Notes: generated from the sequence alone by a model not told the origin. A DNA stretch of 64,000 bases from Balamuthia mandrillaris (GCA_031835245.2 JAVKOQ020000035.1:186001-250000), one strand, 5' to 3'. Shown: positions 1 through 22,634, numbered from the stretch's first letter. Numbers and translations are program-made.

Positions 1-429
1 ACGACTTCACCTTATACTTTATCATCCATCGCAGCGACGCTTCTCTAACGATAAATAAATAATTAAAATTTGTTTTCATCAAAAAATAAAAATAAATACC
101 AACCGAAAGGACTTTCCGCAGTCGATCAAAACGTTGTACACTTTGCTTCTCTTCGCTGTGATACCGTCGCTTCTTCCTCCTTCTTCCTCTGCTTCTTCCG
201 GCAAGAAGCTTCTGAAGCGAAACAACAGGCTGGTGTTGAGGCGCCTGTTCTTGCTGTCCGGGTTCTCGTGGGCATCGTCGCAAACGCGGCAGGTTCGAGG
301 CTCGGCCAACAAGCAGGACGGCCGCGGCACCATCCCCGAAGAGCCCGTCCCCATGAAGACCACCTCCCACTCGTTCTCGTGGAGCTCATCCTCACGGCGG
401 CGATCTGCTTCTTCTTTGTTGTTTTCCAT
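1..429 (-). CDS. Metallo-beta-lactamase-fold (PhnP-like) hydrolase, 5' exons; gene continues beyond window start
   Basis: ORF 79..429 has VVFMGTGSSGMVP, CRVC, KNRRLNTSLL and NVLIDCGKSFR, motifs typical of PhnP/MBL N-termini. An intron follows near 100. Confidence 0.8.
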
Positions 430-626
430 TTTTTTACAAACTTTCTGAAATTTTCGACAATTTTCCTTTTTTACAACAAAATTTCAGAGAAAATGAAAAC
501 TTCAGCGAAACTTGACAATAGAATTGAAAAATTAGGATTATTGATAAAAATCAGAGAATTTCGAATTATTGTTGCTAAAGAAATATTTTTTTTTGGAATG
601 CAAAGCATGATTGTAATGCGAAGGAG

Positions 627-10432
<9,806 letters not shown>

Positions 10433-10919
10433 CCTTGTTTTTTTCGATTCAACAAGGGTCCACAACTACACAATAGAGAGAAGAAAAAAGAGAGAGACGA
10501 GAGAATGCACAGGAGACGCGCTACAAACTTTGTAGAGACGACCCCACTATGGAAAAAAAAATTTCATTTTGTAGTCCTAAAATTTTTTCTGCGAAAAAAA
10601 TACTGCCTCACTCGAGGGTTTGCTGGCAATCATTTTACTAGATGATGTCATCTCCGTTAGATCATTCGATCTAGAACCACCAATCAAAAATCAAAAATCT
10701 CCGTGCCTATGTCGACAAAAATAGTGACGTAAGCGAATGTTAAAAAGGTGATTTTGTCGACAATGGAAAACTCGAAAAAGTGTAAACCGAAAAACGAAGA
10801 AGAAGTAGCAAGAGCCTTTTTTTTGTAGCGGAAGGGAGCTCCTCAGCAGAGAGAAGCAGCGGGGTGGTGGTAGTGCTGATTTTTAACCAAATCCTCGGTC
10901 AGGGAGCGAAAGAGACAAG

Positions 10920-13039
10920 ATGGGTTGTTTGTTGAGTTGTTTGGCGTGCCAAGCCGTGTCTTGTTGCACGGGCATGGCGTGCAACTGCTGCGGCAAGGCC
11001 CTGGCCTGCAACAAGGCCATCGCCACGCGCATCATGTACGTGGTGTTCTTCTTCCTGGCCGCCATTGCGTCCTTCATCCTCAAGACGTGGTCTTACAAGA
11101 TCCTTACCTTTGTTCCTGGTTTGTTTGTCCTATTTTTTTTTATTAAAAACTCATTGTTTTCCCCCTTTTAATCGATATTCTTAAACAGAATTGGATAATA
11201 CGTGCAAGAACGACGACCACTTGTGTATAGGCACGCTCTCCGCGGCTCGCGTGGCATTTGCCATGTGCCTCTTCCACGGCGTGATGGCCCTGCTGATGAT
11301 CCGTGTGAGCAGCAGCAAGGACTTTAGGGCTCAGATCCAGGACGGCTGGTGGGTCCCTAAGCTGTTGCTCATTGTGGCTGTTACCGTTGCCTCCTTCTTC
11401 ATTCCCAACGAGTTCTTCATTGGCTTCAGTTACGACCTTTCTTCTTCTTCGTCAGCATTTTGTTCTTGTGCTTCCTTGTTCTTCTTCTTCGTCTTGTTCT
11501 TGTTCTTCTTCCTCTTCTTCTTCTGCTTCTTCTTCTTGTTCATCTTCCTCTTCTTGTTCTTCTTCTTGTTCTTCTTCTTCTTCTTCTTGTTCTTCTTCTT
11601 TTTCTTCTTCTTGGTTACCTCTGCTTTCTGCATTCTTCTTTCGTTTGTCTCGTTCTATTTATTATTAACAAAGTTTATTTTCATAGGTTGGGTATCTGTC
11701 TTTGGCGCTGGGGTCTTTATTATCATTCAGTTGATGCTCCTCATTGAGTTCGCCTATTCTTGGTTAGTGCTCACCTCAGCTTTTTCTGTTCCTTTTTGTT
11801 GATACTATTTTACTTTCTTTTCTGCTTCGTTCACTTCTGCTCACTTGGGTTTTGTATTGAAGGGCCGAGTCTTGGTTGCAGAAATACGAAGAAAACGAGA
11901 GCAAATTGTGGTTCGCGCTGCTGCTCATCGCCACCATCGTTCTCTACGTTCTCGCTTTGGCATTGACTATCTTGATTTACATATCCTTATTTACTTCATC
12001 CAACTTATACCAAGATTGCCGTTTTGGTTTTCTTCTTCGTTTCTCGTTCCCCCGCTTATTCTACTTTCCATTTTTTCTTCTCCGTAAACTTGACACTTTT
12101 TCCCTTAACTCTCTCCTTACGTCTTCTTCTATAAGGGATCTGAATGTTGGATGAACGCTGTTTTCCCAACCCTCAACGTTCTCATCTGTTTGGTCTACTC
12201 CGGTCTTTCCGTTCACCCTAAGGTTCTTTATTTTGCTTTTTAATTTCCTTTCACGTTATTCTCATAGGCTGGCTTTTAAATAAAGGTACAAGATGCTCAT
12301 CCCAGCCGCGGAACTGGCCTTCTTCAATCTGGCGTTGTGGCTTTGTATTCCACCTACCTCATCTGGAGCGCTGTTTCCAGGTTCCGTTCTTTTCTTCGCT
12401 TCTTTCTTCCTTTTGTTTTCTTTCTAACTTTTTGATCTCGTTACAGCGAACCAACTGACGATTCCTTCCAATGCAATCCTCTGGACAACAGCAAGGGCTC
12501 CCTCTCCACCGTCTTTATGGGCGCCGCCTTCACCATCATCGCCGTCTGCTTCAGCACCGTTCGCACCGCTTCCAAAGGAGATGACTTGTTCCAATCTTCC
12601 TCCTCCTCCTCTTCCACTGCTGCCATTAATGATGAGGAGAAAGCAGATGAAGGAAAAGCTTTGCTCTCCTCTGTTGAACATGAGGAAGCCGAGGATGACG
12701 ATACAGATGATGCCGTGGAGGAGAAAGTGGGCTATAACTTTAGTTTCTTCCACTTGACCTTCTTGTTGGGCTCCATGTTTGTGTTCATGTTGATCACCGA
12801 TTGGCAAATCATCAGCGGTACCGGCAATGACAAGTACGTTTTTATTTCTGTCTTTCTTTTGTTCTTTCATCCTTTCTCTCTCTCTCTCTCTCTCGTTGTA
12901 ACACAATATAAACAGGTTCAAAGTGGATCATGGCTTTGTTGCGGTGTGGGTGAAGATTGTGACCAGCTGGCTCGTGGCTCTGCTGTACGCATGGACTCTC
13001 GTCGCTCCCGCCCTTCTCCCTGGTCGTGAGTGGAGTTAA
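10920..13039 (+). CDS. SERINC: Serine incorporator (SERINC/TMS1) family membrane protein, multi-exon
   Basis: Cys-rich [17 protein letters not shown]-terminus, [54 protein letters not shown] and WVKIVTSW...WTLVAP. Confidence 0.95.
11981..12120 (+). other. U12-type (minor spliceosome) AT-AC intron in SERINC
   Basis: 5' ATATCCTT, branch site TTCCCTTAAC ending 11 nt upstream of the terminal AC. Phase-0 splicing gives [18 protein letters not shown], matching SERINC. Confidence 0.88.
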
Positions 13040-13175
13040 AACAGCAAGTATTTCCTCTTCTTTGTTTCTTTTTTTGTACACACACACAACCACTTTCTTT
13101 CCTTTCTTTTAAAACAGATAACAAAGAAGATGAATGCAACATTTTGCTCTTCTGTTCCTTTTCTCTCTCGCTCCT

Positions 13176-14424
13176 TCACGAAAGCAACCGGTCCACAAGA
13201 AGGTCATGAAACGCGTTCAAATCCTTCCACGAGGTTGCGGCGAGGACGTCCGCCCCTTCCTCTTCCTTGCCGTCCTTCAGGACGATCGTCCTCCCCACCG
13301 CGTCCACCTTGAGCCGCAACCGCTCCACCGCCAACAGCGCGGCGGAGAAGGCCAGGTAAACCGCCACGCAATCGAATAACGTCGACGACTTGGCCAGGAC
13401 CCGTTGGGAGCCTTGGCTGCTCTCCTCGTTCACCAGGGGTTGCGCGTCGTCCGGCAGGGGTGCAACGCTCCGCCACAAAGGTTTGGCTCGGACCATGCCA
13501 GGCATGCCGAGCGCCCAGGCGTGGCTGCACTCCATCAGGGCCTGGCATAGCGGGCTGGTGGGGGCCTTGGCTCGAAGGAGGGCATAGCGCTCTTCGTTCA
13601 GTTGAGCCAAGCCACATGTGTCCTTTGTTGTTGTATTGTTTGGTTGCACGAGTTAGTGGCTGCGTTTACAGGTTTCTCTTTCGCTCTTGCTCTTTGTTGT
13701 GGTTGTTTGTGTGCCAACGTACCAAAGGGGTAATAAGAAGGGGTTTTCGCCAGGCGGCTCCAAGGACAAGCTTGGCCGCCTCCACGTCCTGCGCCACGTT
13801 GTACTCCAGCCTCTGCGGCCTGGCAATGGAGCCCAACATGCCGACAAGGCGGAACTTTTGTGCCACCAGGGGGTTTCTCCTCAGAGCTGCCGCCACGTTC
13901 GACAAAGGAGCCAGAGCAAGCAATGTCAACCCTCCATCCCTACCTTCCTCGTCTTCACTCTCGCCCGCTTCTTGTGGTTCAGCCAAAGGAGAGGTGACGG
14001 CAGGATAGGAAGCGGCCAAGTGGAGGAGCGCTTGAATGCCGTCTTGGTGGACCTTGCCGGGACCGTAGCCGCTGAGGTCAAAGTCCTTGGCCCAGAGGTC
14101 ATAATGACTGCCAGGCCCGGCCTTCATAAAGGCAGAGGAGGAGGAGCCAGCGGCAGAGGAAGGGCCAATGCCAATGTCTATGTCGCTGCGGCCAGCGAGG
14201 GTGAGAAACTTGGCAAGGATCTGGGCTCGTTTCCTGGTGTCTCCGTTGGAGGTGAGGATCAGCTTGGGGGAGAGCTCGGGGGAGCGGAGGAGCAAGGCGA
14301 TGGCCCAGGTGTCATCGATGTCATCCCCAATGTCGGTGTCCACCACGATGGGAATGGGCTCCCTCGGTTTCGTTGCATGCGGGCGCTCTTGCGCGGTAGC
14401 AGTGGCAGGCACAGCTTCATTCAT
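13176..14424 (-). CDS. Inosine/uridine-preferring nucleoside hydrolase, 2 exons
   Basis: IVVDTDIGDDIDDTWAIALL, LAPLSNVA, EYNVAQD and LFDCVAV motifs; intron ~13625-13720. Confidence 0.9.
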
Positions 14425-14896
14425 TCTTGTGCGTGTGTAGGAATCGACTTGTATCGCACACGGCACAGGCCTGTGGGCATCTTTGTTTTGGTGAGGCTCT
14501 TCTTGTTTCCCTTTTTCACCGCAGATAGTATTTTTTCTGTTCACGCCTTGTCTTGCACAACGGTCTGTCCTGTGATCATGCACAAGAACGTCCAAAATTT
14601 ACGCTGAAGGGACCATCAAACCCCAACTGGCACCTTTCACCAACTACTTCATACCGGTTCATTCGTCAAGAATTATTGGTAATGGTCGACGAAAAGTCGA
14701 CACAAATCGCGCATTCTGTCGACCAAAAAAATAGTTCAAATTATCTCCAATAATTCAGAATGATTTTGGATAGTTTTGAATTATTAGCAACTATTGAGAG
14801 AATTTTGGCGTATTATTTGCGTATTTCACAGCACGGAAGAAAAAAGCAAAGCAAAGAAAGAAAGAGTAGCAGAGAACAAAATCCCTGATTCGAGTC

Positions 14897-16085
14897 ATGT
14901 CTGGCAAGAACAAGGTGTTGGTGGGGGTGAAGCGTTGCGTCGACTATGCAGTAAAGGTGCGCGTGAAGCCGAATGAAACCGGCGTGGTCACCCAAAATGT
15001 GAAGATGAGCATGAACCCTTTTGACGAGCTAGCCATCACGGAGGCCGTCCTGCAGAAGAAGAAGAACGTGTTTGATGAGATCATTGCCGTCTCTGTGGGG
15101 CCTAAGGAGTGCCAGGAGACCATACGCAGAGGCTTGGCCATGGGCGCCGATCGTGGCATACACATTGAGGTATAAATCCTATTTCTTTTGCCCTTTCTTG
15201 TTCTCTCCTTCTCTCCCTCTCTCTTGCTCTCTCTCTTGCTCTCTTGCTCTCGCTCTCTGCCCTGAAAGTTATCTATCTTGGTTCTCCTTTCGTTACCCTA
15301 TTTGCTCAACTCTCCTGTGACCGAGACCCGTTACACTCTTGTCTTTACTTCAGCCTCTCTTCTCTGCTTCTCTTTCTCTCTTCCTTGGCTTCTTCTGTCC
15401 TCTCCACTATTTCATCTCCATAATGTCCTCCCTTTGCTCTGGCCGCTCTCTTGTCCTCTCTCTCTCACTCCTCACTCTCTCTGCTTCTCTCCTCATCTGA
15501 TCGCCTTCTCTCTATCTCTCCCCCTCCCTCCCTCCCTCCCTGCTTCTCTCTCGTTCTGTTCTCCTTATTCTTCTCGTTCACGAACAGGTGGAGGATGAGG
15601 ATGTAGAGCCCTTAGCAGTAGCTAAAATCTTCAGGGCCCTGGCTGAGAAGGAGCAGCCCCTCATGGTGATCCTTGGCAAGCAAGCCATCGACAACGACGC
15701 CAACCAAACCGGACAGATGTTGGCCGGGCTCCTGGGATGGCCTCAAGGCACCCACGCCGAGACCGTCACCGTGGCGGATGACAAGCAGTCGGTGGAAGTG
15801 CGACGCGAGGTGGACGCCGGCTTGGAGACCGTCCGTCTGAAGCTGCCCGCCGTCATCACGGCCGACCTAAGGCTCAACGAACCGCTCTTTGCCAAGCTGC
15901 CGGAAATCATGAAGGCCAAGAAGAAGCCCATCGAGCAGCTGACGCCAAAGGACTTGGGTGTGGACGTTCAGCCGCGCCTCAAGACGTTGAAGGTGCAGGA
16001 GCCGCCGGCGAGGCAAGGAGGAAGGCTTGTGGCGGATGTGGACGAGCTCATTGCTGCCATCAAGAAGGAAGGCGTCATTCAGTAA
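14897..16085 (+). CDS. ETFB: Electron transfer flavoprotein beta subunit (exons 14897-15169, 15588-16085)
   Basis: [50 protein letters not shown] and ADLRLNEP motifs. Confidence 0.97.
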
Positions 16086-16587
16086 AGATGATTTTCGTTT
16101 CCTTCTTTTCAGCACATTCCTCTTCTTTCTTTTTCTGTTTGCTCTTGCTCTCTGCTCTGTTCTCTCCTCTCTCTGCTCTCTGCCCTCTCTGCTCTGTTCT
16201 CTCCTCTCTCCTATCCTCTCTCCTATCCTCTCTCATATCCTTTCTCCTCTCCTTTCTCCTCTCCTCTCTCCTATCCTTTTGTCGACAAAAATGGAACGTG
16301 ACGTCCAATCTCGGGTATTTAAAATTCGCCGTCTGTTTCCTTTTTTCAGCGAACCCTTTCGGACAATTACGTCGTTCGTTACCTTTTTCCGCCAACACGA
16401 CCCTTTTCCTGTAATTATGAAGAAAAGTGGGGAACTTTCGCGTGGTTCCGCTTTTTCCGACTTTTCTCAATCCATCTTCTTTTGCTGGCAGCAACGACGT
16501 TGTGTCGTGGCGTGCCATTATAAATACTTTGTTTTTATCGGCGAGAGCTTTTGAGAATCATTTTTCAACCAACAACAAACAACAAAC

Positions 16588-18279
16588 ATGTCGACCAACA
16601 ATAACTTGATCGAACTCAAGGTGACTTACAAGGAGGATACCCGCCGCTTCCGCGTCGCCCGGAACCTCTCCTTTGCCGAGTTGCAACAAACCGTTCGCTC
16701 CCTCTTCGAGAGCGCTCTCCCCGCCGTTCCTTCTTCTTCTTCCGATGAGGATGAAGACGGCACTTCTCCTGCTTCCCAATCCGTGGATGACCTCGTTTGG
16801 CTCAAGTACAAAGACGAGGAAGGAGACCTCATCACCATTTCCTCTCAACTCGAGTGGGACTACGCCCTGACCTTTGCTGCCGAGAGAAGAGCCGCCTCTG
16901 CTTCGTCTGCTTTGCCTTTGCTCCACGTGTTCGTCATGGAGAGAGAGGTGGACCTCATGGACAAGGCCAAGCGATGGAGGGACCATCTCTCCCATAAGCT
17001 GCGTCAACAACAGCAACGCTACCGTGAGGACAGGAGAAGAAGAGGTTGCCGACGATTCGGAGGACCGCATCCTCACCCTCACCCATTCTTTTGGGCTGCT
17101 CCGCCTCAACAAACACAAAAAGAAGAAGAAGCGGTGGAAGGAGAGCAACCGTCGCAAGTGCCGCCCCCTCCTCCATTCGTTCCGCCATTCTTCCACCAGT
17201 GGTGGACTCACATGAACAACCACTTCCAACAGTATCAACCGCAACACGAAGAGAAACAAAAGGAAGAAGGAGAGGAGGCATCATCTTCCGCTTCCTCCTC
17301 TGCTCAAGCGGATCCTCAACCCAACAACAATGACCCGTTTGCCGATTTCGTGGGAGGTTTTGCTCCATTCTTGCACGGAAGCAGAGGGGGCAGAAGGTGT
17401 GGCAAAGGTCCTTTCCACCGCATGCTCCACCACGGCGGACTCTCGGTGAAATGGAGCGACAGCCAAAAGGGCTTTTGGGGACAGCCTTCCTTCGCTCTGG
17501 AACAAGCCAACCCCAACCAAACTTTTGTTCGCCGTTGGCGCTTGTGCAACAACGGGCTGAGAGCATGGCCCGTGGGCACCGTGTTGAGAATGGAGGCTGG
17601 AGATGTGTTGACGACCAGTGGAACCACGCACGTTGTGATCAACCCCGAGGAGGAGGTTCCGGTTGGCGATATGGTGGAGGTGGAGACCGAACTGAAGGCG
17701 CCGGGAACGGAAGTGAAAGAAGGAGAGCAGACGTTCTCATCGCTTTGGAGAGTGTACACGGCGGATGGTGTTCGTTTCGGTCGCCCTCTGCAGTTGAACG
17801 TTGTTGTCAAGTCTGTCGAGAGCAACGGTCACGTTGAACAACAACTGAAAGAAACGAAGGAAGACGAAAGGGTCACTGGACTGACGAGCCCTGCTATCTT
17901 TGCCCAGCTACGCCCTGCTCCCACTTCATCTTCTGAACAAGTAAACAAAGAAGCAGAAGAAAAGATGGACGAAACGAAGGAAGAAGCAAAGGTCACTGGA
18001 CTAGCGAGCCCTACAATCTTTGCTCGGCTCCGCCCTCTCCCAACTTCATCTTCCGAACAAGTGACCAACGAAGATGATCAACCAGAGAAGAAAGAAAAGG
18101 AAGAAGCAAGACACCAAGCAAAAGAAGAGCAGCAGCCCGAAATGAGTGAAGAAGACTTGTTGGTGCAACAATTGGTGGAGATGGGATTCCAGGACAAGGA
18201 AAGGAACAGACGGGCTCTTCAGAAGAGAGGCGGCGATATCTCGGCCGCAATCAGCGAGTTGCTTCACGCTTGGTGGTAA
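16588..18279 (+). CDS. NBR1/p62-like selective autophagy receptor (PB1 - FW/NBR1 - UBA), intronless
   Basis: PB1 (LKVTYKEDTRRF...LKYKDEEGDLITI), FW domain (FVRRWRLCNNGLRAWP...WRV...FG) and C-terminal UBA (QLVEMGF...NRRAL...GDISAAISEL). Confidence 0.85.
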   Translation: MSTNNNLIELKVTYKEDTRRFRVARNLSFAELQQTVRSLFESALPAVPSSSSDEDEDGTSPASQSVDDLVWLKYKDEEGDLITISSQLEWDYALTFAAERRAASASSALPLLHVFVMEREVDLMDKAKRWRDHLSHKLRQQQQRYREDRRRRGCRRFGGPHPHPHPFFWAAPPQQTQKEEEAVEGEQPSQVPPPPPFVPPFFHQWWTHMNNHFQQYQPQHEEKQKEEGEEASSSASSSAQADPQPNNNDPFADFVGGFAPFLHGSRGGRRCGKGPFHRMLHHGGLSVKWSDSQKGFWGQPSFALEQANPNQTFVRRWRLCNNGLRAWPVGTVLRMEAGDVLTTSGTTHVVINPEEEVPVGDMVEVETELKAPGTEVKEGEQTFSSLWRVYTADGVRFGRPLQLNVVVKSVESNGHVEQQLKETKEDERVTGLTSPAIFAQLRPAPTSSSEQVNKEAEEKMDETKEEAKVTGLASPTIFARLRPLPTSSSEQVTNEDDQPEKKEKEEARHQAKEEQQPEMSEEDLLVQQLVEMGFQDKERNRRALQKRGGDISAAISELLHAWW

Positions 18280-18397
18280 AAACCACAACTACATTCAACA
18301 CACTGTGCATACGACTTGTTTAGTTCTTGTTCATTTTATTTTCAAGCATTCATCAGTTTAAAATACAAAATTAGTTTTTGTTAAATAAAGAATTTTT

Positions 18398-19986
18398 TTA
18401 TTTAAAGTACTTTGTTCTGTTGTTGGCCTTTGGCGAATGCAGAGGCCGTTCGAGGCACGTTTTGCTGCAACACAAAAACTCCCACCAGACCATTCTTTCC
18501 TTGTCAAAGTACTTCCGCACAAGAGCAGAAGATGTTAGTTGTTCGTCTTCGATGGCAACTTCTTCTGGCCCAAGATACACCTGTTGGCACACATCACATC
18601 GTCTTTGCAACCGTTCAAGCTGGTCTATCACTTCTTCTGGCAGTACTACCAAGGCAGGTCAGGAACAGGGGCCAACAAGGATATCGGCAACAGCTGGTTC
18701 TTCATCACTGCCTCTCCGCTCAACTGCCACAAACTCTTCACAAACCGAGACGTGTTGCAGGATTGTTGATTGGACTTGCCTCTCTTTTGTCTGTTCTCTT
18801 CTTGCCTTTCGTCATGGTGGTACATTGAATTCTTACAGGGTTGATCTTGGAGGTCTTGCAAGTAATGGTCGAAGAAGAGGATAGAGGAAGGCAGTGCGGC
18901 CAGTTGATTCTTACCCATCCAGCATTGCATAAGTGTGGGTCTGAGTAGGCCAAACTCTCGGGGCAGGCCTGTAAGTTGGTTGGAGGTCAGGTTGCAAGCA
19001 GTAAGCGCAGAGAGTTGGCCAAATTCCCTTGGCAAGGCGGTCAGTTTGTTGTTGTTGAGGTTGAGAGAGGTCAGCCGAGAGAGTCGGCCAAACTCTTTGG
19101 GCAAGGTTTGCAATCGGTTGTTGCTCAAGTGGAGAGTGGAGAGCCGAGAGAGTTGGCCAAACTCCTTGGGCAAGACTGTCAATTGGTTGTGGGCAAGGTC
19201 ACAGCTCCTCAGGGCGGTCAGTTGGCCAAACTCTCTTGGCAAGGTTGTAAGTTGGTTGTAGGCGAGGAAACATCCTGCGAGAGCGGTCAGTTGAGCAAAC
19301 TCTGATGGCAAGGATGTCAGTTGGTTGGAGGCCAGGCTGAAAGAACTAAGAGAGGTGAGTTGGCAAATATCCTCCAGTGCAGCCAGTTGGTTGCGAGAGA
19401 GGCAGAGAGTGGTGAGGGAGGAGAGTTGACCAAACTCTTTCGGCAAGCACGTCAGCTTGTTGTGAGAGAGGTCGCAGTGGGTGAGAGAGGAGAGTTGGCC
19501 AAACTCCCTTGGCAAGGCCGTCAGTTGGTTGTGGGCCAAGTTGCACTCAGTAAGAGCGGTCAAATGGCCAAACTCGCTCGGCAAAGTGGTCAGTTGGTTA
19601 TAAGCGAGTGAGCAGTTGGTGAGAGCAGAGAGTTGGCCAAACTCCCTTGGCAAGGTCGTCAGCTGGTTGAAGGAAAGGGAGAGAGAGGTCAGGGCAGAGA
19701 GCTGCCCAAACTCCCTTGGCAAGGCCGTCAACCGGTTTTTGGAGAGGAAGCAGGAAGTGAGAGCGGTCAGCCGGCCGCACTCGCCGGGCAGCACAGTGAG
19801 TTGGTTGTTGTGGAGGGCCAACGATTGGAGAGCAGTGAGGCAACCTATCTCCCTGGGCAAGACCATCAACCGCTTGTTGTTGAGTTTGCATGCAGTGAAA
19901 TGAGCAAAGGGCTGAAGCAGCTCGGGCAGGTCCTCATCTTCGTTTCCAGCTTGCATTGTTCTCCTGTGGTAACTCCTGGTTTTCAT
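18398..19986 (-). pseudogene. Intronless LRR protein (~15 x 23-aa repeats) with BC-box-like motif; C-terminal Zn-binding segment out of frame (frameshift ~18650)
   Basis: LxxLxx(C/L)xLxxNQLTxLPREFGQ repeats. The ORF stops at 18646, but homology to the 28570-30069 paralog continues in another frame (ORF 18398..18652). Confidence 0.75.
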
Positions 19987-20112
19987 ATTTTTCTTGGAAA
20001 AATTTGGAATAACAAACACAAAATAATAAAATCCTCCCACTTGGGGTTCGAACGCGCGCTCAAATTCCCAGTACATGTCGACCCGAAATGGTACATTCTG
20101 TCGACAATCTGC

Positions 20113-20162
<50 letters not shown>

Positions 20163-20282
20163 CTTTTCGTCAGTTTGTACATTTTCTTATTCAGGTTATA
20201 AACAGGTTCGCCAAAGAAAACAAAAAGAACTACAAACAAAAGGGGAGAGAAAGCAAACAAAAAAAATATCAACTAGACTCTT

Positions 20283-21218
20283 TCAGGCAGATATTTCTGA
20301 ACCTCCTCCGTTGCTTGCGCTGCTTTCGTCAGAGCTTTCGTCTTCAGCCTCCTCGACGCCAAAGATGCTTTCCGCTCGACTGGTGGCCTCTCCAAGAGTC
20401 ATCTTGATGTTCTGCTTGTCCGCTTTCTTCTTGCTGCCACTATGGGAAGACTTGGAGCTGGAGAAGATGGACGGCATGTCCCCGTGCATCAGCGCCTGTG
20501 CCGTCTGTCTCCAAAAGTTGAAGACCATCTGGCTGAAGAAGAAGTTGATGAAGAGCAGAAAGCCCAGCAAGGAGAAGCCCAGGGCTCTCAGGATGACCAA
20601 CGGGAAGTAGGTGGCGGAGCTGTCAAGGAAGCAGCCCCCATTCTCCCTCAACTCCTCCAGGTCCAAGAAGCTGAGACAGCTGAAATATTCGGTGTAGGCC
20701 TTCTCTATCTCGCTCTCGTTGGAGAGGGTGAAGATGGAGTAGAGGAAGATGGAGAGGTAGATCAAGAGGAAGATGAGAATAAAGGTCACGAGCCGATAGT
20801 AGGTCACCCAGGTCTTTCGCAACATGTCGCTTTGCTTGGCGACGTAGAAGATGCGAACGATGGAGCAGAGGAAGAGAGTGAGACCGATGGCGAGGAGGAG
20901 GCCTACCGGCACGACCCAGAATGTCAAAAACCATGCACCTCCATCTTCTATCGTTACGAAACAACTGTTTGAAACAATACAAAGGAAGCATCAATTAGAA
21001 AACTGTGGCAACGCAAGCGAGAGACAGAGAGAGAAAGAAAGATGAACGTACAAGCTGTCGCTGGAAGCAAAGCCTACACGGTCGGCGGCAGCAGGGATCA
21101 CTGCCAAGATGAAAGGAACACACCACCCCACCAACTGATAAGCTATTTGTTGATACATCTCGAAATGCGCTATCTGAGGCGGTTTAAAGAACAACTGTGT
21201 TGAAGAGAAAGATGAGCA

Positions 21219-21260
<42 letters not shown>

Positions 21261-21637
21261 CGAACCGTGAAAAACATGTTAAAAGATATCAAACACCACC
21301 AAAACGTGGAAGAAAGGAATCCCCAATGCAAGACGAATCCCTGGAATGTACACAATCCGCTCTTGGCGATGAGGGAATCCGTTTGGTACTCCACTCGTGC
21401 CTCGTAGCCGCCGTTGTAGAAAGAGACCTCAGGGACGAGGTAGGTGCCGTCCACTCCACACCAAACTTGGTCGTAGGTGGCAAACGTGGGGAGGATGATG
21501 GCAAAAGCGGCAATGGAGGCCGCTAGGGTGGTCATGAGGATCAAGTTAGAGGGAAAGACTCGCAGCTTTGGACTGAGAATGTATGTTACAGCCAAAACAA
21601 TGCTCCCAACCTTTTGTTTGTTTCTGTTTGTCAGTAA

Positions 21638-21674
<37 letters not shown>

Positions 21675-22634
21675 AAGAGAGAGGGAGCGAGAGAGCGTAC
21701 AAAACTGAACCAGCCGATCACAAGCTGAAGCACTTTAACCGCATCGTAGTCCTCCTCATCGAGTGAAGGAAGAGGACACTCGAAGCCACATCCGCTTCCC
21801 GTCTTGTACAGCGGTTCCACGCATATACTGTCGGCCACCTCTTGGTTGGCATTACATTGAGCAAAATACGTTGAAGAAGGAGAAGAGTCATTCGAGGCGA
21901 TAGGATAAATGGTGCCGTTGACGGGATAGAAAGAGTAGGTCTCGTTGGCGATGGTCTCCTCCTCGAGGCAACTCACCGGCGCTCTGCCTCCGTTCGGAAA
22001 GTACAGCCCCAACCCGATAGGGATCTTCAGTATAGCCGTAGCCGCTGTGCATCCCTCTACTGCCTGATGGCAAAGAGACTGGCAAGGTTGAACAGGATAG
22101 TGATGAGGTTCTGTATGTATTATATAGAAAACAAAACCGTTCAGCAACGAAGAAACCCAAAAAAAATAGATAAAAGAAAGAAAGGCTTTGAAAAAAAAAA
22201 ACAAAGCAAACCTCCATCTATAACCACGCAAGGCCGAGCCCACGTGGCACAAAAGGCCTTCAAAAATATGGCCGAGCACTGGCTATCCAACTCCGTGAGG
22301 CCCAGGAGGGCGTTGAGAATACCGCTCATCGATTGTTGGAGCTCCTCCGCCGTTGTGTTGGGTGGAAGGTACACCCATGGGTTATCTGCATATTTGACGA
22401 AAAATAAGCCAAAAAGAAGAAAGAAAAAAAAAAGAAGAGAAACGAACCGTAGTAGAACTGAAGAGAGGAGCAGTATGGCAGAATAGACCCTATCTGCTCA
22501 CACCTGCCTTGCCCAACTTCGTTGTCTGCTTGTCGGGCCGCCAAGGCGTCATCGACGCCGAAAGCGACCTCGGCAGCGGATACAGACACAACGACAAAGA
22601 GAAGAGAGGCAAAGAGGAGGAGGAGCGTCTTCAT
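20283..22634 (-). CDS. Frizzled/Smoothened-like GPCR (signal peptide, Cys-rich domain, 7TM), multi-exon
   Basis: Signal peptide MKTLLLLFASLL, CRD (CEQI..YC, FCATWARPC, PCQSLCHQAVEGC), CGFECPLP, FPSNLI, CTFQG..HWG, VGWCVP and FWVVPVG. Confidence 0.85.

Noticed and set aside
13687..14607. Long antisense ORFs (also 19633-20610, 24931-25860, 16558-17259)
   Set aside because: Shadow frames of GC-rich genes on the opposite strand with no recognisable motifs.
18900..19900. Regularly spaced ~69-bp repeats resembling a CRISPR array (also 28700-29400)
   Set aside because: They are in-frame LRR coding units and the 'spacers' are homologous to each other.
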